Below are positions 1 to 8,770 of a DNA stretch of 56,979 bases, piece by piece (the first letter of the stretch is position 1; the number at the start of each line of letters is the position of its first letter). The notes under the pieces were generated by a model. It saw only the letters and a program-made list of their open reading frames with translations. It was not told where the DNA came from and did not search any database. Source of the stretch: Candidatus Poseidoniaceae archaeon (GTDB taxonomy: Archaea > Thermoplasmatota > Poseidoniia > Poseidoniales > Poseidoniaceae). Made by a program: the position numbers and the translations under genes. The stretch covers positions 1-56,979 of the forward strand of contig DAIUCF010000004.1 in assembly GCA_036846305.1 (NCBI GenBank), given 5' to 3'.

Positions 1-2129
1 GCTGTATTGTCACCGAAGGCGTATGGAATAAGCCCTTTCACCCAAATTTCACTTTGATTAATGCTGACGTTTAGGTCTTGAAGTCGGTTACTGAACAATA
101 CTTCTCCAACATCAAGGTTTATCGAGGAATCACCACCACCAAACGCAAGGAACAACTGCGGAAGAACACCGAAACCTCCGGCCGTAGAAACGATGGGGAT
201 CCGGAGCGAGAGAATCTCTCCGCTTTGCCCATCCCATCGTAGCAGACCTTCACTGGCCGTACACCAATGTTGCGGATTAGAAAATAAGGTGATCGAAGCA
301 GTACCATCACATGATGGATGGAGATTGATTGAGGCATTGGTCAACATTGCCTCGGGAAACGATTGAGATGAAAGAACTGGAGTGAAATTGACTTGGTCCA
401 ACGGAGAAGAAAAGCGAGTGGTCGAAAGAAGGCCTTCGACTTGTAAATACAATGAACCGTTCTCGAAGAAAAGTTCGGTAGAGAGTATCGTGGATGGGAG
501 ATTTAAATCCAAATCAAAGGTTTGCTGCTCTTCCAAATCAAGCGAAAACGAGTGAAGGGACATCGTCGATTTGTCCAATTCTAATGCATACCAGCTCTCT
601 TCGACAGCCGTCACAGAAAGAAACTCTCCCGGTGACCGGTAGGAAGCCCACTCATCATCATCCAGTTCACCTTCATAGCCTACAACTAAACCGTTATCAG
701 TAGCAATGAGGCCGTACTCTTGTGAAACATCAAGAGTGAAATCGTTGGCAATGCCGCCGTCCTCTACTCGCCAAACCCAAGCGTCTCCATCACCCTCAAT
801 TTGAAAACCCGCTCCACTCGGAGAAAAATGCCAAAGGGAACGCTTTCCCGGCCAGAGTTCTGAGATTTCAGATGATGCGAGAGTGAGTACCTGTTCACCG
901 TTATTTTGAATTTCAACCATTGGCACCTGTAGAATTTCCAACATTGTGGAATCGGGGGAGAGTGATGAAAGGTTCTCTCGTAAGCCTCGAACAAGTTCAC
1001 CATCCAAGCGACCAAGTCCTTGTGATGATGATAAGGTGAGTGAATTGGAATTTGAATCAATATCCAACTGAAGCCCTACATCCTCTGCCAGAATAAAATC
1101 GTCAAGCAACAGTTGTAAATCGTCAACAATGGGCTTGATGTGAGTTGCATCATCGTGGGCATCATCGATAGCGTAGTAGATAGTATTCACACTTCCATTC
1201 AGTTTCTGTAAGGACTGTGCGGTTATCAAATCTGTAAACAGTGCAGGTGATTGAGTTCCAGCAGAGGCTCCTTGCCCAGAATTAGAGACAACGGTGAGGA
1301 CTGTCGCCGTTGAATCAAGACGTTGCCGTTTGTTTTCTTCAGTAACGTACCATCCGAAGTCAAAAACATCCCCGGCCCCAAGATTTAATTCCTCTGCCAA
1401 TACTTGGTTAATGGCAATGTAGGTCGTGTTTGAAAACTGGTTCGCTTCACGGAGGTCCGAATAACGAATCCCGTCCGATTGTGACCCGATAACTGGCCAG
1501 TGACCTCCGTCGTCGATTGAACTGTTCATCGCCAACCAAGTCACACCGGACAGAGAATATTCGAGACTCGATACACTTGCTGAAGAAATCAATCCTTGCT
1601 GTTGGCCATCAACCACGGTCCGTAAAGATGAGTCCTTCTGAATACCCTCCCACATTTGATTTGCGATGGTTTCTGAGATTGATACTCGCTCACCTATTGC
1701 TAAATTAAAACCTGAAATGGTAAGGTCGGTTTGACCCCAGGAGCCTTCAACTTCGTATCGAACCGTTGCGTCTAGAGAATCGCCCACCACCATTGAGGAA
1801 GTGATAATTGCTGATGCAATAACCAATCCCGCCATGAGGAGAGCAGATTGACGCTTCCTTCGGACGATGTTCTGAGTTGCTAACCTCCAAACAACTAGCC
1901 GTTGAGGTACTAAGAGTGGTTGAAGAAGCACTTGACTAATTATTCCAAAAGCAAGTGCTCCCCCCCAAAGCGTAATTCCAGATACAGAAACCCAATCAAG
2001 GAGTATGTACGCCACAATCCCATCAGCAGCTGGCCCGAAAATCAGCAACAAACTCTTGAGGATACCCAACTGTTTCCAACGGCCTATTCCAATGGTTGAA
2101 ACTGCGCTAAGCAGCACCAAAACAACCAC
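1..2129 (-). CDS. ABC transporter permease, FtsX/MacB-like, N-terminal part only (C-terminus lies beyond the left window edge)
   Basis: Not in the supplied ORF track because it runs off the edge. I checked every codon of this minus-strand frame from 2180 down to 1 and found no stop. The translation contains ...RLATQNIVRRKRQSALLMAGLVIASAIITSSMVVGDSLDATV..., the basic stretch plus TM typical of FtsX-type permease N-termini. More than 550 aa of mostly non-hydrophobic sequence follows, read as a large extracytoplasmic domain. It lies 26 nt downstream of a MacB/LolD-type ATPase. There is no in-frame ATG at the 5' end. Candidate starts are GTG 2129, TTG 2120 and GTG 2117, so the start is uncertain. 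Confidence 0.65.
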   Translation of the reverse strand, partial: MVVLVLLSAVSTIGIGRWKQLGILKSLLLIFGPAADGIVAYILLDWVSVSGITLWGGALAFGIISQVLLQPLLVPQRLVVWRLATQNIVRRKRQSALLMAGLVIASAIITSSMVVGDSLDATVRYEVEGSWGQTDLTISGFNLAIGERVSISETIANQMWEGIQKDSSLRTVVDGQQQGLISSASVSSLEYSLSGVTWLAMNSSIDDGGHWPVIGSQSDGIRYSDLREANQFSNTTYIAINQVLAEELNLGAGDVFDFGWYVTEENKRQRLDSTATVLTVVSNSGQGASAGTQSPALFTDLITAQSLQKLNGSVNTIYYAIDDAHDDATHIKPIVDDLQLLLDDFILAEDVGLQLDIDSNSNSLTLSSSQGLGRLDGELVRGLRENLSSLSPDSTMLEILQVPMVEIQNNGEQVLTLASSEISELWPGKRSLWHFSPSGAGFQIEGDGDAWVWRVEDGGIANDFTLDVSQEYGLIATDNGLVVGYEGELDDDEWASYRSPGEFLSVTAVEESWYALELDKSTMSLHSFSLDLEEQQTFDLDLNLPSTILSTELFFENGSLYLQVEGLLSTTRFSSPLDQVNFTPVLSSQSFPEAMLTNASINLHPSCDGTASITLFSNPQHWCTASEGLLRWDGQSGEILSLRIPIVSTAGGFGVLPQLFLAFGGGDSSINLDVGEVLFSNRLQDLNVSINQSEIWVKGLIPYAFGDNT

Positions 2130-2155
2130 AAGTATGGCAAGTTGGAGGAACAGAA

Positions 2156-2854
2156 CTACTCCTCCTCTGAATGACGAACATCATCAATAATTGAGCCATC
2201 AGACATGTGCAATGTTCGGGAACATCGTCGTGCGATTTTTGGGTCGTGGGTCACGATAAGAAACGTAGTATCTCGCTCACGATTGAGTCGAAGAAGAAGT
2301 TCTAGAATCTCATTTGATGTGGCAGAATCGAGGTTTCCTGTTGGCTCGTCACAGAGAATAACTGCAGGGTTGTGTACCAGGGCGCGAGCGACTGCAACAC
2401 GCTGCTGCTGACCTCCGGATAACTCCGAAGGCAGATGTTCGGCTCGATCAGCAAGACCGACTGAACTCAATGCCTCTAAAGCACCAGACCTCGCTTCAGA
2501 CGCTGAACTACCAAGTAAAAGCAGCGGCAACTCCACATTCTCTACCGCTGAGAGAACCGGTAAGAGATTGAAATCTTGAAAAATGAATCCAAGGTATTCA
2601 GCCCGCATACGGGTTCGTTCGTTATCCGATATTCCAAACAATGGCTTGCCTTTCACCATAACCACTCCAGAATTAGGTTCATCGATACCGGACAGGATAT
2701 TCAACAGTGTGGTTTTACCACATCCGGACGGACCCATAATAGCGACCATTTCACCAATTTCGATTTGGACATCGACACCTCTTACTGCTTGAATTGAAGA
2801 TTCACCCGATGGGTAAATTTTCCACACAGTCGTGGCTTTCATTACCGGTCCCAT
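2156..2854 (-). CDS. ABC transporter ATP-binding protein (MacB/LolD-type)
   Basis: Walker A GPSGCGKTTLLN, ABC signature LSGGQQQRVAVARAL, Walker B ILCDEPTGNLD, H-loop VTHD. Forms an operon with the permease downstream. Confidence 0.9.
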   Translation of the reverse strand: MGPVMKATTVWKIYPSGESSIQAVRGVDVQIEIGEMVAIMGPSGCGKTTLLNILSGIDEPNSGVVMVKGKPLFGISDNERTRMRAEYLGFIFQDFNLLPVLSAVENVELPLLLLGSSASEARSGALEALSSVGLADRAEHLPSELSGGQQQRVAVARALVHNPAVILCDEPTGNLDSATSNEILELLLRLNRERDTTFLIVTHDPKIARRCSRTLHMSDGSIIDDVRHSEEE

Positions 2855-2905
2855 GCCTTGAGGACGACAGAGTGCGTTGATAAACTACCGCTTCAAAGCA
2901 TCTAC

Positions 2906-3157
2906 ATGAACGACGAAACCAAAATCACGGTTCAAGTTCTCGCCTTCGGACCGTTAGCAGAAGAGATTGGTTGGAAATCTCACAACTCCACCCTTTCTGA
3001 ACCTGCAACGGTACACAGCCTCATTCAAACACTCGCTCTAGGAAAGTGGAAAAAGAACCAACTTCTGTATGCAGTGAACGGTGTTCGATGTGAAGCGTCC
3101 ATGGAGTTAAGAGAAGGCGATGAAGTGGCTCTTTTGCCCCCTGTATCTGGCGGTTAA
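2906..3157 (+). CDS. MoaD/ThiS-family ubiquitin-fold protein (possible SAMP)
   Basis: About 83 aa from ATG 2906 (the track ORF starts at an upstream TTG, 2858). Small beta-grasp-like sequence ending ...EGDEVALLPPVSGG* with the diagnostic C-terminal Gly-Gly. Confidence 0.7.
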   Translation: MNDETKITVQVLAFGPLAEEIGWKSHNSTLSEPATVHSLIQTLALGKWKKNQLLYAVNGVRCEASMELREGDEVALLPPVSGG

Positions 3158-3225
3158 GTAAAAATAAGTAATTTCAGCCGAAGACTTCAACACTACCGAC
3201 CGATTCGACAGATTGAGGATGAAGC

Positions 3226-3528
3226 ATGATTGGCGGACTGGGACCACTTGAATTGACGATACTTGTCGGCCTGTTTTTCATCCTGTTCGGAGCAGAAAGG
3301 CTTCCAAAAATGGCCAATGCCCTCGGCAGGTCAAAAGGCGAATTTCAAAAGGGTTTGGAAGATACATCTCGTACCATTACCGACCTTGAAGCAGGTGGAC
3401 GAACTCCTGCTCAACAACTCAATGAGCGTGCGCGTGCAGTCGGAATAGACCCTACGGGAATGGAAATCGATGAACTCGAAAGAAAAACTGCCGCACTTGA
3501 GTCAATGGACAACTCCAATGAAGAATAA
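3226..3528 (+). CDS. tatA: Sec-independent (Tat) translocase protein TatA/E
   Basis: MIGGLGPLELTILVGLFFILFGAERLPKMANALGRSKGEFQKG: N-terminal TM helix, FG..RLP hinge and amphipathic helix, then an acidic tail. Confidence 0.85.
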   Translation: MIGGLGPLELTILVGLFFILFGAERLPKMANALGRSKGEFQKGLEDTSRTITDLEAGGRTPAQQLNERARAVGIDPTGMEIDELERKTAALESMDNSNEE

Positions 3529-4023
3529 TCATCGCTTTCTCTTGAGTTGAAGTGGAGAGCCGCACCGGTCACAATCACCGACATCCCCTTTCTTTGAACG
3601 TGCTACATTTTCTGGGACCTCTGTAGTATGCCTGCATCCTGTACAACGACGGACCCAAGTCCAGACTTCTTTAGCGCCCGAAGTATCTACTGATGACGAG
3701 GAATGACCCGAAAATTTCATTGCATTCTGCAAACGATAATCGTCAGTCACCAATGGAATTTGAAGACCAATTGCCAACCCGAGAACCTCTAAATCCACGT
3801 CAGAAAGTCTTGGGAGATCACCGCTTTTTGCAGCACACTCTCTTGCCAGATCCAGCCAGCCTGGTGATACATCCCTCCAATCAATATCGAGTGCCTGAAC
3901 CAACATCCACCGTTGCGGGCTAACTCGCTCAAGTTCCAATTGCTGGCCGACAGAACATATGTTCCCATTCAACTCAGTAACCGGCCAATGCAGTAAAGCA
4001 GCAGTATCGAGTACTCGCATCAA
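3529..4023 (-). CDS. PIN-domain endonuclease with C-terminal zinc ribbon (archaeal Nob1-like)
   Basis: N-terminal PIN-like acidic positions (VLDTAAL..., ...PLVTDDYRLQN) followed by CTGCRH...(x20)...CDRCGS, a four-Cys ribbon. This is the architecture of archaeal Nob1. Its stop abuts the tatA stop (convergent). Confidence 0.6.
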   Translation of the reverse strand: MMRVLDTAALLHWPVTELNGNICSVGQQLELERVSPQRWMLVQALDIDWRDVSPGWLDLARECAAKSGDLPRLSDVDLEVLGLAIGLQIPLVTDDYRLQNAMKFSGHSSSSVDTSGAKEVWTWVRRCTGCRHTTEVPENVARSKKGDVGDCDRCGSPLQLKRKR

Positions 4024-4100
4024 ACGGATGACTAATGAATGCCCTCCTTGAAGTCACCGGACACCCACACCTTAATTGCTAGGAGAATGAAGCCATTGAC

Positions 4101-4703
4101 ATGTCGTGGAAGGAGTCAATTATCGACTTCTTCGACCTTTTTGGTCCTGCAAGCCTAGCCGTATTATCGTTTACCGAATCAATCGTACAACCGATACCAC
4201 CTGACCTGTTGTACATACCTATGCTCGCAGATTCTATTGGAGATGTACCTCTCGTCATTTGGTTATGGTTAACGGTAACCCTATCCTCGGTTGCTGGTTC
4301 AATGTTTGGTTATTGGATCGGTAAGCGTTGGGGGAGGGGATTTATTGGTAAATTCTCAAAAAAATCTCACTTGGATAAAATCGAAGCTCTTACAGAGAAG
4401 TATGGCACGTTTGGAATATTCATTGCCGCATTTTCGCCGATTCCCTACAAAGTGTTTGGATGGTTTGCAGGGATGGGTGAGATGGACAAAAAACCGTTCT
4501 TACTCGCTGGACTGTTTGGTCGCGGACTGCGATTTGGATTAGAGGCCGTACTGATTGGAATTTATGGGAATGCTGCTATTGACGCTCTTAATTGGTTCCT
4601 CGATAATGAAATACTACTCGCGGTGGTGATGATAGCATCAGCAATCCCTGCATGGTACATTTGGCGCTGGTGGTCGAATATCGAAATCACAAGTTCTGAA
4701 TGA
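4101..4703 (+). CDS. DedA/YqaA-family (SNARE-associated/VTT domain) membrane protein
   Basis: Multi-TM, 200 aa, with the YqaA-like pattern ...SFTESIVQPIPPDLL...GSMFGYWIGKRWGRGF...YGTFGIFIAAFSPIPYKVF... Confidence 0.6.
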   Translation: MSWKESIIDFFDLFGPASLAVLSFTESIVQPIPPDLLYIPMLADSIGDVPLVIWLWLTVTLSSVAGSMFGYWIGKRWGRGFIGKFSKKSHLDKIEALTEKYGTFGIFIAAFSPIPYKVFGWFAGMGEMDKKPFLLAGLFGRGLRFGLEAVLIGIYGNAAIDALNWFLDNEILLAVVMIASAIPAWYIWRWWSNIEITSSE

Positions 4704-4787
4704 CACGACTGAAACATAGAATGAACACGGCACCCGTGTAAGCAAGAGCGAATCATTATCAAGGGGTGGTCGGTGGAGCGACTGTCG

Positions 4788-4862
4788 CTCGTGTGGTGTA
4801 GCCAGGTCCATCATAGTGGGTTTTCATCCCGCCGACCCGGGTTCGAATCCCGGCACGAGCAC
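4788..4862 (+). tRNA. tRNA-Glu (anticodon UUC)
   Basis: Hand-folded cloverleaf. Acceptor GCTCGTG/CACGAGC; D-arm GTGT-AGCCAGGTCCA-TCAT (same arrangement as known archaeal tRNA-Glu); anticodon stem GTGGG/CCCGC with loop TT-TTC-AT; variable loop CGAC; T-arm CCGGG-TTCGAAT-CCCGG; discriminator A. CCA is not encoded (followed by CTT). No intron. Confidence 0.9.
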
Positions 4863-4933
4863 TTTACTCAAATGTCATGCAGTATTGCGTTTGTTTTACT
4901 CAAAAAACGGGTAGGATTTGACCCAACCCCCCT

Positions 4934-4947
4934 CGGCACGAGCACCA
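4934..4947 (+). repeat. Orphan copy of the tRNA-Glu 3' end (CGGCACGAGCAC + CA)
   Basis: The 12-nt stretch at 4934-4945 is identical to tRNA positions 4852-4863. It continues as ...GAGC-A-CCA. Confidence 0.6.
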
Positions 4948-5020
4948 TGTCGTTTTTTTCAGTTCTAAGAGGTCACTGCGTTTTTAAAATTGGATGATTA
5001 GCAGAAGTGCTCGAGACCCT

Positions 5021-5031
5021 CACGAGCACCA
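5021..5031 (+). repeat. Second orphan copy of the tRNA-Glu 3' end (CACGAGCACCA)
   Basis: This 11-nt stretch is identical to 4937-4947. It is also the 3' arm of a 7-bp hairpin, GTGCTCG(5007-5013)/CGAGCAC(5023-5029). Confidence 0.5.
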
Positions 5032-5185
5032 ATCGTGCGTACATATTGAAGCGAAAAGGGCGTGTAATTCTGTGGTCCAAATTGATTTTTGTCAGAGTTC
5101 ATCAGCAAAAATCAGACAACAGAATTGAACCTCTATGAGTCAGATGCCGACTCAAGATGAGAATCATGTTGGAGACATTCTGAAA

Positions 5186-6493
5186 TCAATCATCATCAGT
5201 GTCAAACATCGTAAGCGTCTTCGATGCTTCAATTGCACGATTATCGAGTTCAGCACGCTCATCCTTTGACAAGGTTGTATCGCGTAGCTGTTCTTGAATA
5301 GATTCAAGCTCTTCTCGAGCATCATCACGCTGTTGACGAAGCATGCGATCTTCACGTGACATCTGTCGCTTGGCGGCACGCTGTTTGGTTTCCTTTGACT
5401 GGATTTGCTGTGTGAGCATTTCGTCTTCATCTCCAGCAAGTTCGACGCTAGTTGGGAATGGAATTCGGATGTGTTCCTTCTCAAATCTCTCATCGAGTGA
5501 CTTCAACAACCAGTCTCTTGTGACCCATTCATCGCTGTAATCTGCGACCCATGTGTACAATCTTAGAACTTTAGCAAAGTCACCTAATTCAACCAGCAAG
5601 ACTCGAGGTTCAGGCGAATCTATCGTGTAAGGACAATCCCGAGCAAGTTCAAGCATGATGACTTTAACGTGGTCGATACTTTCTCGATAGTCAACCCCAA
5701 CATCGATCACAACTGAGATTCTGCGAGCGATTCCATCACCGCCACCACGTGCATGGTTCACTAAAGTAGACGAGATGAGTGTATTGTTTGGAATAACAAC
5801 CAATTTTTCATCTCGGTCGAGAACCTTGGTTGAAAGAATGCCCATAGAGATTACAGTTCCAATCATACCTTCCACCTCGATTCGGTCACCAACTTCAAAC
5901 GGTCGATCTACTGCGAGCATGAATGAATTGACTATGTTTCCAAGAGTTTGTTGTACAGCCAAACCAATAATCAAAGAGAATACCGCTAAAGACGCAAACA
6001 ATCCTAAGAGTTCAATGTCCAATTCGCTGAGGGCTAAATTTAACCCGACAAAATAAGTCACACCTCGAAGAAAGAAAACAATTAGAGGGTTTCCGCCAGA
6101 GACTGTAACGCTTGATTTGGCTGAAAAACGACCAAGAATGACTGGCAATAAATGTTTGATACCAGTACTTAGAATCGAAGTAGTGGTTAGAATGTAGATT
6201 ACGCTGAAGAGAGGGTATAGGGATTCTAGGAATTCCTGCTCTGATTCGATAACCCAGTATAGTGACAGTTGAGTACCAGCTGCTATTACAAAAAAGTAAA
6301 GTCTGTTTGAAAGCGGTTGAAGGAGTGCATCATCCCATTTAGCCTTCGAGCGCGTCACCAAGTTTTTGAACGGACGAAGGATAAAATATTTGCATACGAG
6401 CAAGGCAAAAACGAGTGCTCCTAAGCAAACTCCGACTTTAGGGAGGGTCCCCAAACTATCTATTTGGTCCCAATACTCCTCGACGGTACTCAT
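5186..6493 (-). CDS. Small-conductance mechanosensitive channel (MscS family)
   Basis: Core ...LAVQQTLGNIVNSFMLAVDRPFEVGDRIEVEGMIGTVISMGILSTKVLDRDEKLVVIPNNTLISSTLVNH... is the classic MscS TM3/beta-domain signature, with several N-terminal TM helices. Start moved to ATG 6493 (MSTVEEYWDQ...), which leaves a 104-nt divergent intergenic region. The track start at 6571 would leave only 26 nt. Confidence 0.85.
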   Translation of the reverse strand: MSTVEEYWDQIDSLGTLPKVGVCLGALVFALLVCKYFILRPFKNLVTRSKAKWDDALLQPLSNRLYFFVIAAGTQLSLYWVIESEQEFLESLYPLFSVIYILTTTSILSTGIKHLLPVILGRFSAKSSVTVSGGNPLIVFFLRGVTYFVGLNLALSELDIELLGLFASLAVFSLIIGLAVQQTLGNIVNSFMLAVDRPFEVGDRIEVEGMIGTVISMGILSTKVLDRDEKLVVIPNNTLISSTLVNHARGGGDGIARRISVVIDVGVDYRESIDHVKVIMLELARDCPYTIDSPEPRVLLVELGDFAKVLRLYTWVADYSDEWVTRDWLLKSLDERFEKEHIRIPFPTSVELAGDEDEMLTQQIQSKETKQRAAKRQMSREDRMLRQQRDDAREELESIQEQLRDTTLSKDERAELDNRAIEASKTLTMFDTDDD

Positions 6494-6597
6494 TGGCCTC
6501 AAATCTCCGCAGGAACACGAGTTTAGAAACTTAGCGGTGTAAAATTCCAACCGATAAATAATGGTGAACATTGAAATACCGCACCCCTTAGCCTTTC

Positions 6598-7287
6598 ATG
6601 ATTGGAATGGTCTCGAACGAAGGGCTACGCTATTTCCAAGTTCAAATTACAACTGAACAGGGCTCAAAAATGCCCGGCATCTCTATTCTTGACCACTTTA
6701 GTAAGGTTGAAATCATCACATCGGTCGATACATCGAAATGGCCAGCCACATATCTTTGCTTAATCACCTACGAAGACGAGAATATATTCGAAGGGGGATT
6801 AAATCTCGATCTAAGTTTTCAAATCGAAAAAATTGTACTTCAATTCCAGTACCATGCATACATCGTTGCTCGAGTAACTGGCCCGATAATGACCATGGTA
6901 CAGGCGGTGGAAAACTGTTGGTTAACCACGCCAACAAGCCTTACTCGTGACCAAGGCTTATTCATGACCGTTCAAGGCACCCCAAAGGCACTCAAAGAGG
7001 CTCGGGACGAACTGCAACGCATTATTCCAGAAGTACTCAAAATGCGCATTAGTAAGACCATTGCTGCAGATTGGATTAGTGCACCTAAACTCCCAAAGCG
7101 AAGACATGAAGTCATGCGCACTGCTGTTGAATTAGGCTACTACTCAACACCTAGAAAATGTACTCAGCGTGACATTGCTGATCATCTCGGGATTCGTCAA
7201 GGAACCGTAGCAGAACACCTTCAATCTGCCGAAGGAATCATCATACAATCATGGTTCCAACAAACATCGGATTCAACCTTGGAATGA
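6598..7287 (+). CDS. HTH_10 (bacterio-opsin-activator-type) DNA-binding protein
   Basis: C-terminal ...RRHEVMRTAVELGYYSTPRKCTQRDIADHLGIRQGTVAEHLQSAEGIIIQSW matches the Bat-type HTH (GYY..PR..T..(D/E)(L/I)A..LGI...T..EHLR.AE). I do not recognise the N-terminal domain. Confidence 0.6.
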   Translation: MIGMVSNEGLRYFQVQITTEQGSKMPGISILDHFSKVEIITSVDTSKWPATYLCLITYEDENIFEGGLNLDLSFQIEKIVLQFQYHAYIVARVTGPIMTMVQAVENCWLTTPTSLTRDQGLFMTVQGTPKALKEARDELQRIIPEVLKMRISKTIAADWISAPKLPKRRHEVMRTAVELGYYSTPRKCTQRDIADHLGIRQGTVAEHLQSAEGIIIQSWFQQTSDSTLE

Positions 7288-7881
7288 GAGTATTAAACCA
7301 ATTAGAATCACCAAAAATCCAAGCATTGTGAAGGTGATTCGAACAAAAGATTTTTGTCTAAGTTTTAATTGAATTCGGGCTCCAAAAAAAGTCCAACACA
7401 TCATTCCAATGATTCCACCGGGAATCGTAAATGCTGTGACTAAAAGAATCCCAGACAATCCACCACCAAAATCTTGCAAAACCGTAGACATTACTGTGAA
7501 AACCATAAACCATTCTTTCCCGTTAATAAACTGCATCACTACACCTGTTTTTGGACCTAAACGTGGTATTGATTCTGGTAATTCATGCACTCTATTTGAC
7601 CATCCCAAAGCGATAATGCCTAATCCGAGCAATGTCATAAAAACAAGACCTACCACATTGAGTATGTCTGCGAATTGCCCATTACTTGAAAAGTAATCAA
7701 CGGTCATTCCACTAACCAATTGAACAATAAAAAAACCTACAGCCATGCCACTAATCAATGGAATATTCGACCTCCAGCCATGGATTGCAGAGTGTACTGT
7801 ACAGGTAATATTGTTTGGACCTGGACTTATGAGTCCAACAAGTAGTAACAGCAGTAGCCAGCCCAAGGCTTCCAAAAACAT
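7273..7881 (-). CDS. LysE/RhtB-family amino-acid exporter-like membrane protein
   Basis: 202 aa, about 6 TM helices, N-terminal ...LLVGLISPGPNNITC... (the PGP motif of the LysE superfamily). Confidence 0.55.
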   Translation of the reverse strand: MFLEALGWLLLLLLVGLISPGPNNITCTVHSAIHGWRSNIPLISGMAVGFFIVQLVSGMTVDYFSSNGQFADILNVVGLVFMTLLGLGIIALGWSNRVHELPESIPRLGPKTGVVMQFINGKEWFMVFTVMSTVLQDFGGGLSGILLVTAFTIPGGIIGMMCWTFFGARIQLKLRQKSFVRITFTMLGFLVILIGLILSFQG

Positions 7882-7924
7882 GAACTTTCTAAAACTCTCG
7901 AGTATCTAATCATTGGCATGTAAT

Positions 7925-8770
7925 TCAAGCGAGTGTACCGTTTTTATAATCAAGTAACGCCTGTTGAATCTCCTGCCGAGTATTCATTACAAAGGGGCCA
8001 TAACGGGCAATTGGCTCGTTTATCTCAGGCCCGCCAAGAATCAAGAATTCCGCATCAGAGTCAATTGCTGTCATGACGATTTCATCACCATCTGTTAACA
8101 CTCCGAGTTGGCCGTCATGAACCGGTTTATCGTTCACATGAACTGTGCCCCCGAACACATAGAGCATAGCATTGAGTCCTTTTTCAACCGGTTGAACATG
8201 CGTACCACCCTGTTGAATTTTCATGTGGATGTATGTAATAGGAATCACCGTATCAATTACTGCCTCTACTCCCAGCGCAGAACCGGCAATAACATTAGCC
8301 CAAACTTTGCCGTCAGCGGAAGTTGCCTTAGGTATCTGCGATGAATTGATATCTTGATATCTTGGTTCCATCATTTTATTCTCTGCTGGTAGATTTACCC
8401 AGATTTGGAAACCATGCGAAACACCTCCGGATTTGAGAAAATCCTCCTGCGGAAGTTCCGAATGGATAATGCCTTTTCCAGCAGTCATCCACTGGACATC
8501 TCCTGGATTCAAATCACCTTTATTTCCAGCACTATCTTCGTGCTGCATCGCTCCTTGAATCATGTAGGTCACTGTTTCAAAACCACGGTGCGGATGAGCT
8601 GGTGCACCTATCGCTTCCCCAGGACCCCAATGAACCGGACCCATTTCATCAAGCAACAAAAATGGGCTCATTAACGATCCCATTGCAGTGGGACGGCGTA
8701 CAGGAAATCCTCCACCTTCGAGTACGGTATGCGTTGGCGCAGTCATTCTCAAGTACCTTTGCTCCATCAT
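7925..8770 (-). CDS. Pirin-family bicupin protein
   Basis: ...GFPVRRP...FLLLDEMGP...APAHPHRGFETVTYMIQGAMQHEDSAGNKGDLNPGDVQWMTAGKGIIHSE... contains the pirin metal-binding HxH...E motif. Its start overlaps the upstream gene stop (ATGA at 8767-8770). Confidence 0.9.
   Translation of the reverse strand: MMEQRYLRMTAPTHTVLEGGGFPVRRPTAMGSLMSPFLLLDEMGPVHWGPGEAIGAPAHPHRGFETVTYMIQGAMQHEDSAGNKGDLNPGDVQWMTAGKGIIHSELPQEDFLKSGGVSHGFQIWVNLPAENKMMEPRYQDINSSQIPKATSADGKVWANVIAGSALGVEAVIDTVIPITYIHMKIQQGGTHVQPVEKGLNAMLYVFGGTVHVNDKPVHDGQLGVLTDGDEIVMTAIDSDAEFLILGGPEINEPIARYGPFVMNTRQEIQQALLDYKNGTLA

Noticed and set aside
3529-4023. PIN-domain protein as a VapC toxin of a toxin-antitoxin system
   Set aside because: No small antitoxin ORF is adjacent. 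The protein carries a C-terminal four-Cys zinc ribbon, which is the Nob1 ribosome-maturation nuclease architecture rather than a stand-alone VapC.
4773-4997. 74-aa ORF on the plus strand
   Set aside because: It overlaps the tRNA-Glu gene and the repeat-containing spacer. It has no coding-like composition and is best explained as chance.
4700-5190. Integrated mobile element or prophage at tRNA-Glu
   Set aside because: I looked for an integrase, transposase or any cargo ORF between the tRNA and mscS. The gap is only 323 nt and non-coding. Only short att-like fragments are reported, as a finding; no mobile element is called.
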